Assembly (NCBI RefSeq): GCF_009914755.1
Contig: NC_060928.1
DNA: 64,000 nt
Direction: 5' to 3' (one strand)
Source of the DNA: the human T2T-CHM13v2.0 reference genome, Homo sapiens
This document shows, piece after piece, positions 27,371 through 42,680 of this stretch. The position numbers and the translations under genes were made by a program. Numbering within the stretch: the stretch's first letter is position 1; every line of letters starts with the position of its first letter. The notes below the pieces were generated by a model. It was not told the origin of the DNA and searched no databases. It saw nothing but the letters and a program-made list of their open reading frames with translations.

Positions 27371-28589
27371 TCACTGTTTTAAGGTGATTTTCTAAAGAAA
27401 TACAAAAGAATGACATTCAAACATGGGTCACTGTTTTCAAGACCCAGAGCCTGCTTTTGGAAACTGGCACAATAAAGCACAAATGAATTTGTGGATACCT
27501 AACATGTCACACGCAATACTCACACGAGAAATTTTCTTCTCCATCATCTTATCCCATCAATAAATTGCTTTGTTCACTCTTTCAAATGTGGAAATCTTTT
27601 TAGTCATCATTTCTGTATCGTATTCTATTTGACCTCCTATCTTACATCATATCCTGCACATTGAGGCATGCTAGGTTTGAGATTTGAAATACTAAAATCA
27701 TCTATTTTAAGTAAGACATGTACTGTCCCTGTTAAAGTATAATTATAAAGTGTTTAATTTTTTTTAAAAAATTAGAAGTCTGTGAAGAGGTTTCTCTAGG
27801 ACTGTTTCACTAATTATATAAACAAATAGATATGTGTTTTTAAATGCATCCTTTATGCTGCAGGAAATCAAATGGCTAGTTTTAAAAATAACTCTCCATT
27901 TTAAAATAAAACACACAGAGAATGATGACAAGTTATTTCCTATTCCTTTCAGGCTTATTTCAAAATTTAGCATCAGTCAATCGTTACTTATTCAATGAGA
28001 GTCCCACAACCACCATATTGATAAATATCAGGGGTATATTCATATGGAGAAGGATATCAGACATCAAGGCTTAGTGACTTAAACATTATAGAAGAAAGAG
28101 CACATGGTGGATATTTTCCATTGTCATGTGGAGTATAAACATCCAGGCCCTCCCAAAAGCACCACATGCCAGTGGATACATATTTGTGAGTTAAGGGTGC
28201 CATCAGAGCTGCTGGTTGTTTCATAGTTCTTTGGAGCCCAAACCTGCATAGATAAGCTGGAGCATTTCTATACACAGATTAATCTGAATGTTGGGGACCA
28301 GCTGACATGTCTCAGGCCTCCTCATCTATCTTGGGGTTATATAATATACAATAAGACTGCAGAGTAGAGTACATACACTCTGGTATAGATCCTTTCTTTT
28401 TTATCACCCTCAGCCTTCCCAGGCTAACACAGCCTCTTACAGAGACTTACCTGAGCTAGAAGGTGCAGCATTAGAACACAGCTCAGTCATGGCATGGACT
28501 GGAAGTTGTGTTAGTGGAGCTGTGTGACCAGGTTGAGAGCTACACTTGCAAGAATGTGCTGCAGAAGATACCATCTGGATAGATGTAGG

Positions 28590-28785
28590 AGCCATGTACA
28601 AATTTAGGGTCTACCTCTTATTTAGCCATATGACTTAGGGAAGCTTTCTTAACCTTTCTGAGACTCAGTTTTATAATTTGCTGAGGATTATGATAGTATT
28701 TATTTCTCAATGTTGTGAGAATGAGATGATTTAATCTATGTAGTAAGCCTGGTCCAGAATATATTATGTATGCCTAAAAAGTTGG
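28590..28785 (+). mobile_element. MIR
   Basis: TATGACTTAGGGAAG...CTTAACCTTTCTGAGACTCAGTTTT. Confidence 0.7.
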
Positions 28786-28894
28786 TTCCCTTTTTCATTT
28801 AGTTTCTCAACTACATTAAAGGTGAAGTCACCACATTTTTTCCTCAAAATACTCAATATCTAATTGTGGAGAGAAGAGGCTTATTCTAATGATG

Positions 28895-29485
28895 ATACTA
28901 ACTTTAGTTGACGTCACTATTTAGAAGGTTGCCATATGCCAAACAGTGACCTGAATATGATATACAGAATCATTCATTTAATCTTCAAAAAACTAACAGG
29001 TGGTTTCTGTCATTTCAGTCTTTTACTAATAAAATTTATATTGCTTATTTTTGCTACAGCAAAAAACAGCTCCTGGATTTGGGCAGCTTTTAAAAAACAA
29101 TAGAGCATTTCTTCCTCACATTAGCTTCTGACACATTTGCTCTATCTTTTTCAAAGGAAAACATTGAAGATGAGACCCTATTTTGGACATGCCATTCTCT
29201 TGGTGAAAGAATGGAGGAAGAGAAACAGAGAAAAAGTTGAGCTACTCAGGTCTTCTTAAAATACCTTGAACACTCATGATATTGGCAAAGCAAGTCTTAT
29301 GGTTAACCTTGAAAATAAGGCAGGGAAACATACTCTACCTACAGGGAAAACATAGCAAAATCACACTTTAGAGGCAGAGAGGTTTGCAATATACCATGAG
29401 ATTAAATAATCTCCAAAGCCACAACCTAATAAATGGGAAGCCTACTTTAGAATACCAATGCAGAGTCCCTACTCTTAACTAATAA
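28895..29485 (-). mobile_element. MIR apparently interrupted by an MLT1-like relic (about 29030-29395)
   Basis: MIR halves flank CATGCCATTCTCTTGG...ATTGGCAAAGCAAGTCTTATGG. Confidence 0.5.
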
Positions 29486-30770
29486 TTCCAAGCATCATAT
29501 GAATCATGATAAATTAGTCCTAGAGACAGGAATTGATAAAGAGTCAAAAAAACTACTTAACGAGATCTTTACTTGTTGTGTCACTACTTTCATAAAAGTA
29601 GAAGGATGAGAACAGGAAATTTCATTTGGACTAGAACATTGTGAAAGGGAGTAATGGGAGGATTTGGCAGGAATTGAAATCCATCCTAAGTGATCATTCT
29701 ATACCCTTTAGTCTCCAGTAAGTTATTGAAGAAAACTTCATATTAGAGAGGTTTTATTAGCATCAGTCTGTATCTCAATCAAAAGCATCCATAAATTACA
29801 GCAGCTGGAGAAGCACTGTGGTAATTCTAAGTGACACATGGAAAGAAACAATTTGTGTAGCACAAGAATGCCTCAATTAGAGTTTTTGAGAGTTGGTGAA
29901 TTTCAGCCATTCACCTGATTTCTACAAGAGTTACTTCATTTGTGTTCCTTGGTTGATATATGTATTGTTATTCCCTTAATTTGTTAAGAGGAAACTCGGT
30001 TATTTAAATCATTAAAGTTTGTTTTTCTTTAATTGCTAAAGCCTTAAGAACACATTTCAATTTTTGAAATCTGGCATGCACTGGTAAACTTCATATGTGT
30101 TCTATTTTATTGGAATAAATCATTTTAACTCTTACTGGGACTAAGAAGAAAGGTCAACATTGGTCGTATTCAACTGAAACAGAAACTTACATTTAAGAAA
30201 TAACTGGAGTGAGAACAACTGGGGCTTCAAACACAGAAGCATCCCTTTGACCTTAAAGCAGGTACTGCACACTCTATAGTAAATCTGGATTCTTTTCTGA
30301 AAGATAATGAAAATGGATGTTAATTTTTTTTTTTCTCTCCATTCAAAAACCATGGACTGGGTATAAATGTGCTTGAGACAGAGTACTAGGGAGGAGGGGC
30401 CAAGACACACATGATCCCGGCCTTCCTGGTGTTTTCAGTCCAGGAGCAGAACTTACAGAGAGAATTATCTCCCAGTGTATTGGAAGTTGCGTTCATGAGC
30501 CATAACTAAGTTTCTTTAATTAGTTTCTTAACTTGGGACACTTCATTTTCCTTAAGGAGTGTTTATTTCACAGCTCAGCTCTTACTTGTACACTTTTGTA
30601 CTAGATCCCTAAGTCTTCATGGGCTTTCCCAGATTTTTGGAGTCTTGGAATGACCTCAAAGAGTGCCAAAGCAATTAGTAGATACTCAGAATGCACCAAT
30701 ATTTTTTATAAATATAATAGCATTCCAGAGAGTCTAGCTCCAGTGTTCTTGCTATAATCATTATTTAGCA

Positions 30771-30880
30771 CAGGGCTGTCCAATCTTTTGGCTTCCCTGA
30801 GCCACACTGTAAGAACAATTGTCTTGGGCCATATGAAAAATACACTAACACTAACAATAGCTTGTGAGCTTAAAAAAAAT
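30771..30880 (+). mobile_element. MER30 hAT-Charlie MITE, left half
   Basis: CAGGGCTGTCCAATCTTTTGGCTTCCCTG...ATACACTAACACTAAC up to the internal A tract. Confidence 0.85.
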
Positions 30881-30889
30881 TACGATAAG

Positions 30890-31285
30890 AACTTGGAAGA
30901 AAATAAGCAAACATCCGTGCTAGAAAATAAAGCATTGGAGGGGTAAAGGGTAATTGTATAGGAAAGACAAAGAAAGCCTATCTGAGAAGGGGGCATTTTT
31001 CAGTTGAGACCCAGAGATGAGAAAGTGTCATTTGTGTGAAGAACCTTCCCGGGGGATAGATCACCAGAGAGAAGGCTCTGAGATGGGTGATGGCTTGGCA
31101 TGTTCTGGGAGCTTAAAAAGAGCCAGAGTTACTAATTAGAGTAAACTAAGAGAGAGAGTAGCCTGAGGCGAGTTGAGGGTGCCAGGTAGTGGAGAGTCAT
31201 ATGAGCCAGGGTGAGAAGTGTGGACGGTGTATTCTCGGGTGTTAGCAAGCCACGTAGTGGTTCTAAGCAATGAATTCATAGGTTG
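30890..31285 (-). mobile_element. L2 fragment
   Basis: Purine-rich AAGCCTATCTGAGAAGGGGGCATTT...GCTTGGCATGTTCTGGGA. Confidence 0.6.
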
Positions 31286-31294
31286 GGTAAACAA

Positions 31295-31540
31295 TAACTA
31301 TCATTTTATAGCATTTACTAAGTACAAGGAATTGTTCCAAACCCTTTTACCTATATTATTAACTCAATTGATCCTCATAGCAACTCTTTGAAGTAGGTAT
31401 GCTCTCCTTCCATTTTATAGATGAGAAAACTGAGTTATTGCAAGATTTAGAAGATTGCAGGGCTAGTAACTGGTAGATCATGGATTCAAATCCAAACAGT
31501 TTAGCTCCAGAATCTGGGTTCTGTACCTTACTATGCTGCG
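31295..31540 (-). mobile_element. MIR
   Basis: CATTTTATAGATGAGAAAACTGAG core, GGATTCAAATCCA. Confidence 0.8.
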
Positions 31541-32934
31541 CTAGTTTGTGGGTCTTTGCTCAAACTCAAAATCAGGGATGTTGTGAAAATATCTTCTACC
31601 TTGGGATCAGTGGGAGTTGTATGTTTTGTTCTTCCCAAATAGCAAGACATTTTAGAGTAGCTTTTAAAATCCTATAACTTTACAATGTAAGGATATATGA
31701 AAATTTTTATGTGATACACAATGACACTCTAAGGAGATAATCAACTCATCTCAGGTTGCACAACTGCTTACATAGCCAGCATAGGAACTACTGGGGCTTT
31801 AGTTTGTTGGAGCAGATGTATTAAATAACTTAAATAATGAATAGTGGAATATATTTCAACATGCTTATGAAGATGGGTTGTGGGCTATGTGAAGTAATCC
31901 GAACTCTATGAGAATCTTTTAATACAACATGCCTTAAATTATTTGTTAATAAAGCATGTTTTTGAGCTGGAGTGAGGAGACAGAATTCTCAGGAATACTG
32001 CTATGTAAATTTACAGCTGGGTGAAAATCCTGAACTTGGTTAAATAGAATAAACAAATATTAGAGAAAATGCAGACAAAAAAATTTTACACAATGTTCTT
32101 CTGTAATCTACACAATTATAATAGAGAAAATGATTCCTATAGTAACAAAGGTACCATAACATCTAAGAAAACAACAAGTCTAATAAAACTAAGTGTCAAA
32201 ATACTAAAAAGCATATCAATACATGAAGACAACAATTTTTAATCATGAAAATACAGTGATAGATGAAACATTGGTTAGACAGATCATGAATTGAACCCAC
32301 GAATTGAATCACAAATATTAATTGAGCACTTACTCTGTGCCCGGTGGCCTTGAGAGACAGAAAACGTTCCTATCCTTCTCAAGTTTACACTCTAGCCAGA
32401 AAAGCGAGCCAAATGCAAGAAATCAAACAAATACAATGTCATCAAAAGACTACCAAGATAAAGAAAAGTTCATAAATTCAAAAGTCAACAGATATTTTGC
32501 CAGTAAAAAATTAAATCATCCTACGCAGGCATTTTTGAAATAAATAACTTCATGGCTACTAATCTGGTAACAGCTAAACATGGAATCAGTGTAAATGATG
32601 TGTCTGCAACTTACTTCAATAAGCATATGGCACAAAACTGCCATGATTCCAAACCCATTTTCATTATCACTCAGTGTCTAACAAGCATTTTTTTAAATAT
32701 GAGAACAGGTTGGGTCTCTGTCAGATTGGAATGGTATGATCACAGTTCTCAAGAGAGCTACATAAATGAAATAAAAAGTAGGGAAAATGAACAACTATGT
32801 AAAATATGTCATAGAAAATTGACTAGATGGAGAAAAAAAGAAAAACTCATTTGACACAGGCACTCACAAAATAGGCTCAAGAAAGTGGGGACCCTCTGGA
32901 AGGCAGTGCAGAGGAAGCAGGGGTCCTTATCCTT

Positions 32935-33426
32935 GGTGATTTGTTCTGAAGTTCATTTTTCATGCTTCTTCCTTGCTCTATATCACAGCACAACTGACCC
33001 CTTGCGGCTGGGCTTTTCTTGGTTTCCATATCAAGGAGCTTTGACTGGGTTTAGCCAATGGAAGGAAACAGCAGAAGATTGGAGAGGTTGCAGGAGGACA
33101 GAAGCAGCCAGGGTGTACCTCCTCTACTTTTTTGCTCGTGATCTTTTTAGTTGCTGGATGCTCTCCTAGCTCCAGCTCTTGCTAATCAGTTCTACCATAA
33201 TTCCAGATTTCACCAGGTGACCCCAGTGACCTGGGCTCCAGTAACACTGCCTCCTCACCTTAATCTTCTATTCTAAAAATGACAGATGTGTCTCTGTGAT
33301 TCCTCAATGACCCTCTTTGACCACCCACCTTTACTCTGGCCTGTATCCAACTCTCTGTATTAAATACCATCTGTTTTAAAGATGTATGAGATTTCTCTAT
33401 TCCTGGTTAGGCACTAACTAATACAA
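32935..33426 (+). mobile_element. ERVL LTR (LTR33-like)
   Basis: GGGTTTAGCCAATGGAAGGAAACAGCAGAAGATTGGAG, ATTAAA, CTAATACA end. Confidence 0.6.
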
Positions 33427-33454
33427 AATACATATGGAAAAAACAAAAACAAAA

Positions 33455-33700
33455 ACACTAGATAGTTCAAGTCTTTAGTTTGGATCCTGGTTCTGTCACT
33501 TGGGTATGTAAACTTGGGAAAGAGACTTAAACATTATAAGCTTTAATTTCCCATTAATTCACTCATCCCTTCATTCAACAAACTACACAGTGAGAATAAT
33601 AATCCCTACATTCTAGAGTTATTGTGAAGATAAGAGAAAGCCATGCACCTACAATTCTTAGCATTATACCTACCTCACAGTAGGCCTCAGGAAATGATAC
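33455..33700 (+). mobile_element. MIR
   Basis: GATCCTGGTTCTGTCACTT...AATAATAATCCCTAC...TTATTGTGAAGAT. Confidence 0.7.
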
Positions 33701-33804
33701 TTTACTTCCCACCGTGACTCTTCTTACCTCCAGCCATCAATACCACACTTATACCTCCTGTGCAGTAAGTCTTAGTATGTACAGGGTCTGGGTGGATATG
33801 TTTT

Positions 33805-33990
33805 TTCATTCAGTCATTGGAGCAGTCCTAGGAGTAAGTTGTCATTAATATACCATGTGTTCAGAAAAGGAAACTGAGGCTTAAAATGTTAACTGAAATG
33901 TCTGAAGTCATATAGTTAGCAAGTGGTAGAGCCAGAATTCAAATTTATGTCTGCCTGCCTCCAACGTCTGTGATCTTTAATCTGCTAAAC
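33805..33990 (-). mobile_element. MIR
   Basis: AGGAAACTGAGGCT...AAGTGGTAGAGCCAGAATTCAAA. Confidence 0.7.
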
Positions 33991-35214
33991 AACCTCCCGT
34001 CATTACAAGCATGGATTATATCTGATCCCCAGATACTCTGAAGCTAGGGCAAATATAACCTCCCTTTCTCCCCACCCCAACCCAGTGGTATTCCCAACTC
34101 TCCTCCATTCTGAAACATAAGTTATTGTATAGGATCACATATGGCTTCAGGAGCTAGGCTTATACCACAATTGAATAATTTTAAAGTGGTGGGTAATTTA
34201 GCTTATGAAATGGGAGCAGTAATAGTTCAGATCAATTTGAATGTCCTTAAGAGTCTGTAAGGTATATAATGCTTAAGAAAATAACAAACTATGGAGGGAA
34301 TTGTGTTAGAGTATGAAGTTGTAGCACAAAGGTATATAAAAGAATGAGGGGCAGATAAAGCATGAATTTACATTTGGGATTTACTAGATTATAAACATCC
34401 TTTTGAGTATCAAAGCATACTAATATCTTAATTATGTTTTTTCATTCAGTCTTTTTTTAACTAATATCTTAATTAAAAATTGGAATTAGATGAAAACTGG
34501 AGAGAGGATTGTTCTAATGTATGTGTATGTAAATATATATGTTTATATATATGGTTGTTAAAGAAAAGATCGCAAGAATAGGTTACTAAGGATAGTTTTG
34601 AAATTTAAACCAAGTCAGGCATCACAACACATTCTACATTATTTATTGAAATTTCTATTTTTAAAAAGTGTTGACATTATGCAATGCTGAGAATAATAAT
34701 GTTTTCTTTCTGTGAAAGAAAATAAATATAAACTTTAGAATTAAGATATTCAATCACTTGCCATCACAAAGAAAAGGCATCTATTTCAAAATGTATCCCG
34801 TATCAATTTGTAGACACAAAATCTTAAATAGCCATCATACTGAAACTCAGTATGGAAAATGTTGGCGTCCTTAATCATCATTATTAGTACTTTCTTACTA
34901 TAATTGGGGCAAAAAAATAAGCATCATGAATACTTTCTCACTTGTATTTAAAACAAGTAGTTTTTTTACAATAAAAATCACTATAACGAGTTTATTCACA
35001 GAAGACTTTAAGAAAATTGGTAGCTAGCATTGGTCTGTGGCAAATATATTATATTGCAATAGGGAGAAATACCAGGAAAGGTAAATTGAAACAGAATGTG
35101 TACATCACTGAACTAGGAAGACAAAAATACAGTGAAGAAACAAATAACATAAGGAGAAAAAAAATCTCAGAATATCTTTAGCCATAGGAATGAATTTAAT
35201 CAAGAATATAGTGG

Positions 35215-35790
35215 GTTTCCAACCTCTGCTTAGAATGTAGTAAGTGTGAAAATATTTCTACCAACTTGAAAACAAGAGAAAAGACTGAATAATCATATAT
35301 TTACAACTTTTCTTGAACCTGTAAGACAGATGAAGTTACAGAGCAACCAAGTAATAAACAGATGCTTCTAGGGAGAGAGGGATGTGATTACATACTGATC
35401 TGAGATAGACAACAGGTGATATACAAGCAGGTAAAAAACAGCCAGCTCACTTTATAAACAAATTGCTAAAAGCCAACAGTTGACCGGAATAAAACTGTCG
35501 AATGACTGAGAATCACAAACACAAAGGAAATTACTAATCACTCACAGAAGCTTCTCCATGAAACTTGCTGAATGCTTATGAAATGGTGGAGCAAAGCAAG
35601 AAACTCGAGAAAGTCCCTCTCCTGGTGCATGCCAAGGAAGGAGACCAGCAGCTGTTGTGGAAAAGTCATTGAGACCTATCTGGATCCCTCTTCCCCATCT
35701 CCTCTCTGGAACAAAAGCGTTAAGCCTCTGTGAGAAGAGGAGTAAACACTGTTGCATCTCTCTGCAAACCAAGAAGAGGGTCCTCACCCG
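35215..35790 (+). mobile_element. Old L1M 5' region
   Basis: AACAAGAGAAAAGACTGAATAA...ACTTTTCTTGAACC...GTTACAGAGCAACC resembles L1MC/MD 5' ends. Confidence 0.5.
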
Positions 35791-35794
35791 ATCA

Positions 35795-35900
35795 TATGGG
35801 CACGCTGATCTCAGACTTCCAGGTGGCAGAACTGTAATAAATATTTGTTTGATCTATCCAGTCTATGACATTTTTATTACAGCAGCTTGAACTAAGATAG
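35795..35900 (+). mobile_element. MLT1/MST LTR 3' fragment
   Basis: TGATCTCAGACTTCCAG...AGAACTGTAATAAAT...GAACTAAGATA. Confidence 0.6.
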
Positions 35901-35904
35901 TATT

Positions 35905-36105
35905 TTTTAAAAGAGTTTTATAGTTTTAACACTTACATTCAGACCTTTAATGCATTTTTGTCTTAACTTTTATATGTTATGAGAGGTAGGAATCCAGATT
36001 CATTCTTTTGTACATGGATATCCAGTTGTCTTGGAAAATGCTATCGTTGAAAAGACTATTCTTTCCCCATTGTCTTGGCACCCTTGTTAAAAATCAATTG
36101 TCCAT
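35905..36105 (-). mobile_element. L1M ORF2 fragment
   Basis: ATGGATATCCAGTTGTC...TTGAAAAGACTATTCTTTCCCCATTG. Confidence 0.8.
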
Positions 36106-36265
36106 TACTGTTAATTTTTAAATTCTTAAACTGTTTCTACACTCTTGAGAATTTCAATGCATGATGTCTACATATATTGTTCCTGCCAATTACCCTCGAA
36201 GTTAGTTTTAAAAAGAAACACAAACTAGGAAATAAAGAATATCTATTCAGTACTTGCATTGGTGG

Positions 36266-36740
36266 TGTAAGATCTGAAATTAGAGTTCAATATTAAATGC
36301 TGCCTTGAAACCTGATAAAATCAAGAGGGCCTCAAATGGCCTGAATGCAAGTTTCTCTTCCTGCCTTGCTAACAGAACAACCCTCCTTGGGAATATGCAG
36401 TGTCTAATGATCCCTGAGTAGTGTTGTTTAGTTTTCTGCCAGACTGTGGACTTATTCAAACAAACTAGTCACATCCTCCTTAGGGAACCAGAGGCCGTCC
36501 TCCCTCTTGTTACCTCAAAGTCTGCCTCCCACAGCCTCTGCTTGCTCACCCTGTTCCTAAATGCAAACCCCATGTGGTCTTGTGTGATCAAAGTGTCCCC
36601 TTCCCTTGGGCTGTTTGTATATGTGACTAATTAACTGCTATTGATCTCATCTGTCCAGTGTCAGGTGTCCAGACAGTCCCATAACCTTAGAGTAGAAACC
36701 TTTTCCTCACCAATAGAGTAAAGAGGAGGCGATCAAAACC
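36266..36740 (+). mobile_element. ERV1 solo LTR (MER90/MER34-like)
   Basis: TGTAAGATCTGAAATTAGAGTTCAATATT...GAGGGCCTCAAATGGCCT start. Confidence 0.6.
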
Positions 36741-38344
36741 CTACACCATGCATTATGTGACTCAGAAGCCAGAATAACTGTAATAGCTGGGTGCATATAT
36801 TGACTACTTACTCTTTCTGTTGCCCATGACAGTTAAGTCTGCTGCTTTGTTGATAGCTTAATGCCTTCTCTCAACCTCATCTCCAAATCCACTTGAGATT
36901 TAGTTGCTACATCTGGCTGTGTTTTCAGTTGTTCTTTCAATTTCTGACATACTATTCCTGAATAGAAAGTGACAGAATTATGAGCCCTCTGAAAAGCCAG
37001 ACAATTTGAGTTCTGTGTACTGGAACTGTGTGTACAGTCAGCCAAGCCTGATATCAGTATCTCTAATCAACACTGGAAGTCTGCAACACTCAAATCCCAA
37101 AACTCTAATGGTAGAATTACACACAAATGGTTTTGCCCTTCATCTTGAGCTTCCTTTCTCCATCTTCCAAAACACACCCTTTGATAACTCTGCCCCTGCT
37201 TATGCTTGTTTTTATGATACAACAGCAATCTTCATTTTCACTTTTGTTTTCTTGGAGATTTTCTCAATGCCACTATAAGACACCACTAGATGAAGCTTTG
37301 GCAAAGGTGCATTTTTCCTAGTTAGAATATCCTTTTAAGGCTTTGTTCCAGTGCAATAAAGAGTCAATGAAAAAGAATTATAAATGTGTTTCCTACTTGC
37401 ATGTGCTTTGCCATTGAAGGAATGTAGGTCGGTGGAGAAGAGTACTTATCTCCAAGAGTACTTGGAGATCATACTGATATTTCTATGGCTTTTGATTTTT
37501 CTTCTGATTGACCAATGCACTTCCATATCTTGATGATCTAGCATTGTCCCATTAGAGACACTCTTTCCCTCTTCCATGCCTTTACTGTTCTACTCCTCCC
37601 TCTGAAATTACCTCTGCATTCTTTCCCACATATTCGTTTCCTTTTTGCCTACCAATATCCAATTATACTCCCACTTGTTAGGAAAAATCTGGAGGTTAGA
37701 AAATTATTTAAGTATGTGGGAAAAAAAGACTGCTGTAATCAACAAACGTTTATTGAGCATATCACATGTTTAAGATGGTAGGATAAGTGCTCAGAGAGAA
37801 ACAAAATTGAACTTTCTTGCCTTACAGTAATGGCCTAGTAGACAAATACAAACTTTGTCATTACAACATGTGTACTGAGAGACTATACAATATTCTATTA
37901 CCTAGAAAGTCCTAATTGTCTACACTAGGTTTCTGAGACAAATATCAAGTAACGAAGTTTACAGAATTATTTATTTGTATGATGTTTGAAGTCATAGGCC
38001 TTTCAAAGGCATCCTTACCAATAGCTGCTAAGATCTCTGCCATTGTTTTCCCAACTGGGACAGTCTACTTCACCCCCTAATTGTTCTTCTGCTAATGTGC
38101 CTGGAGGGGATATATAGCTTCAGAGGTGACCAGCTGCCACTGTGGCTTCATTTGAGTCTCCCCTTCTCTGCTTTAAATACCAATAAGAGATGCCAGAATC
38201 ATACTTTATAGCATATGCCTATAGTAAATTTAATAGAAGTTATAATTATTAATTGTTTGTTACAATATGGGAAAGATCCTAGTATGACTTTTACCCAGCA
38301 AAGTTCTCATAAAAAAATTCATACAGAAAAAATTTCTCTTGGCT

Positions 38345-39298
<954 letters not shown>

Positions 39299-39969
39299 TG
39301 TGTGTTTTAATTCTTAGACATCTGAGAGAAGGACTAGGGGAAGCAGCTGAAATGGAGTGTTATATTCACCTGCCAGTAGAGACGACGAGCTTTGAAGCTG
39401 ATATATACAATATCTGACAAGGCAAAGCTCTAATTGCACTTAGGCAAGCTTAAATTTGAAATGAAAAAGGAAGTAAGTGTTGATTTAGTGATGCCACTTA
39501 CTAGGCTATTGACCTTCTATTATTGATCTGTCATAAGTAAAATGGAATTAATTTGGCTACTTTTTAATGGAATAGACATTTGAAGGATGATATGGTCTCA
39601 CTTATAACTGAGTCTTTGTTCATTAACTTTAATCCTTTTCTTCTTTTCCTCCTTTGCCTCACAATTTAATAGGCACTTCATTTGGGAAGCCTTTTTGACA
39701 CACTCTTTCCCTATGTTCTATGCCATGAACTTTACTATTAATAATTTACTTGCCTAGAAAATTTAATGAGCTCTGTTATTGTTGCTCAATTTGTCATTTG
39801 GTTTTTTCAGAAAAATTCCTTGATAACAAGGAAACTCCTTCAGTTTCTTGCAGTCCAAGTATTCCAATAATAATCGTAGCATGAAGAGATTACTATAAAG
39901 ATCCATGAAGCCCACTTTTTCCTATCCTCAGCAGTATAGAAAACACAAACAGCTTAAAAGAGAAGTTTC

Positions 39970-40284
<315 letters not shown>

Positions 40285-41739
40285 CTAAGTCCAGAAGAGC
40301 TAGCAACTTCTTGTGAGGTTGAGGTGTACAGAAAGGAAGAAGCAAGAGCTGTAGGAGGGCATGTGCCCCAGCTCAGGACACTTCGCTAACCCCAGACACT
40401 TCAGACACTTCCATTATGAGTAATCCCACTTGACTTTTCCCTTTCACAGGGAAAGAGGGAGAGAGGTGAAAGTATGATACCAGCTTCCATGTGGAGGAGG
40501 TTATCAGCAGCTTCTTCTTTATTCCTTTAAATGTGCAATGTCCCCAGTGGATGTTTATGCAAATGTGCCAGAAGTATTTTTGTCACCATTGACATTTGAA
40601 TGACAATCTCCAAAGTAGCAAATTTTGCTTTCACATACAAAGGGACTAATTACATGTTTTCCTTCACCATTAATTTGTCCTTTCCCAAGTTGATAGGTGC
40701 TGTCACAACTGCATTTCAATTTGGCTATGACATATAGAAGCTGGAACCATTTGGCTTTCTTCTCTCAAAACATAAAACAATGGTTGGAAAGCTTTATAAT
40801 CATAAGAGTGCAGAATGTCTTTCTTTTATAATCTTTATATTCAATGACAAAAACATTTGCCGAAAGCTGTTCTAAAAAGCAAATTCCCACTAGATGTAGT
40901 AAAAGCATAAATATAGGCTGATTTTATTTGGAAATTAAATCGTGCATTTTATATAATTGCAGCTAGGTGAAATTGAAGTTTTATATATTTGAAATTCCAA
41001 TCAAACAATCGGATCTGAAATAAATGTAAATCCTGCAATAAGTGAATGAATTTCACATTTGCAAAATGATAAGTGGTATTTATTAAATTCAGCTGAGCAA
41101 TATCAACCAATAAATTTTGAACATATTGAGGAGTGAGAAAACTACACTTGATTACCTATCAGTAAATCCTAGGGGGTGAAAGTCTTTTAAAAGGTTATGG
41201 AAATTGCATGGCATGTTAAGTTATTGTGTATGGAAATGCATTTCTTACTTGAGTACCAGGTTACTCTGACTTCTTGTTCATGTCAAACTAAATTCCAGCT
41301 CAATGTTGTAATGTACTAAATTCTACCTCCACAAAATTTGTATGACAGGCTTGTCACTTCTAATAACAGTTATCTTTTACAGAAATTAGACTTCGTACCA
41401 GGCTTTGACATGTAACCTGTAAAAATTTACATGAAATGTAGATATTTACTGCTGTGGGTTATTTTTTTAAATAAAATTTTATTTATTGGATAAGTTTACT
41501 TTCTATTTCCTTAGACAGAAGAAAAAGTAGAGAGTGAGAAATTATTTAAATTAGAATGTCTTTCCTTGGTGTAAATACTGCATGATTGGAAATACTGCTC
41601 AATAATACAGCTGATTCATCTACAACATATTTATTTCACACTTTCCACGTCAAGGTCATGTTTTTACATTGTGTAGTTTATGAACAAAGCAATTTGGAAT
41701 TGTAGCTCCTCTAAAACTAAAGGGATAAATACAAATGAT

Positions 41740-42680
41740 AATTCAACATATTTGACCAAAAGCATTTATTCAATAAATATTTGTCATTACGTGCAGGTCT
41801 CCATTTTAGATGATACCGAATACAGAGGTGAAACAAACACAACAGTTAAGGAATTTATACTTTATTAGGAAGATCAGGCAGATATATAAATAATTTTAAT
41901 ACAGGGCAAAATGTGACAATCACTGTAAGTGACAAAAAGATAAGGGCATAGAAAATTCAGATTACAGAAAGAAAACTTTGTGCTGAGAAATAAAGGGAGA
42001 TTCCTATCATGTGCTGAATTTTGTTCCTACAAAATGTATGTCCAAGTCCTATCCCCTGATACCTGTGAGTGTGATCTTACTTGGAAATATTGTCTTTTCA
42101 AATGTAATTAAGTTAAGGATCTTGAGATGAGGTCATTTGGGATTCAGGGTAGACCCTAATCCAACGATTGGTGCCCTTGTATGAGAAAGAAGAGGGAGAT
42201 ATGAGATGCAGTGGCACAAGGAACGAAGCCATGTGAAGATAGGGGCACAGACTGGAGTGATGCAGCCACCAGTCCAGGAAGCTTCAGTCCAGGAAGCCTC
42301 GGGCCACCAGAAGCTGAAGGAGGCAAGCAAGGAAAGGATTCTCCTCTAGAACCTTCAGAGAGTGTGACCCTGCCAATACCATGATTTCTGACTTCTGGCC
42401 TCCAGAATTGTGAGACAGTGTATTTCTCTTATGTTACACTACGGGGTTTGTAATCATGTCTTCCTGCAGCCCTAGGAAAGTAAAATAACCATAACACAGA
42501 TAACATTTGAGTTGGAACTCAAAGAATGAACTGTATTTGGACATTCAGATCCTATCGTGTAGCAGGATGCATGCGTGTCATTTCAGGCAAAGGTAATACC
42601 TGAGTAAAGACTGGAGTGGGGAATGCTTGGAAAACAGAGGAAGTATATTTCTTAGTATTCTAGAATGATAAATGAATGAC
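41740..42680 (-). mobile_element. L2 3' region split by an MLT1C-like LTR
   Basis: TATTCAATAAATATTTG...; resumes ACATTTGAGTTGGAACTCAAAGAATGA after the LTR. Confidence 0.6.
42005..42487 (+). mobile_element. MLT1C-like MaLR LTR
   Basis: GTAATTAAGTTAAGGATCTTGAGATGAGGTCA, GACTTCTGGCCTCCAGAATTGTGAGA, GCAGCCCTAGGAAA. Confidence 0.85.

Noticed and set aside
42270-42299. 15-bp tandem repeat CAGTCCAGGAAGC(T/C)T in the MLT1C-like LTR; similar small duplication near 10660-10715
   Set aside because: Ordinary slippage duplications within decayed elements
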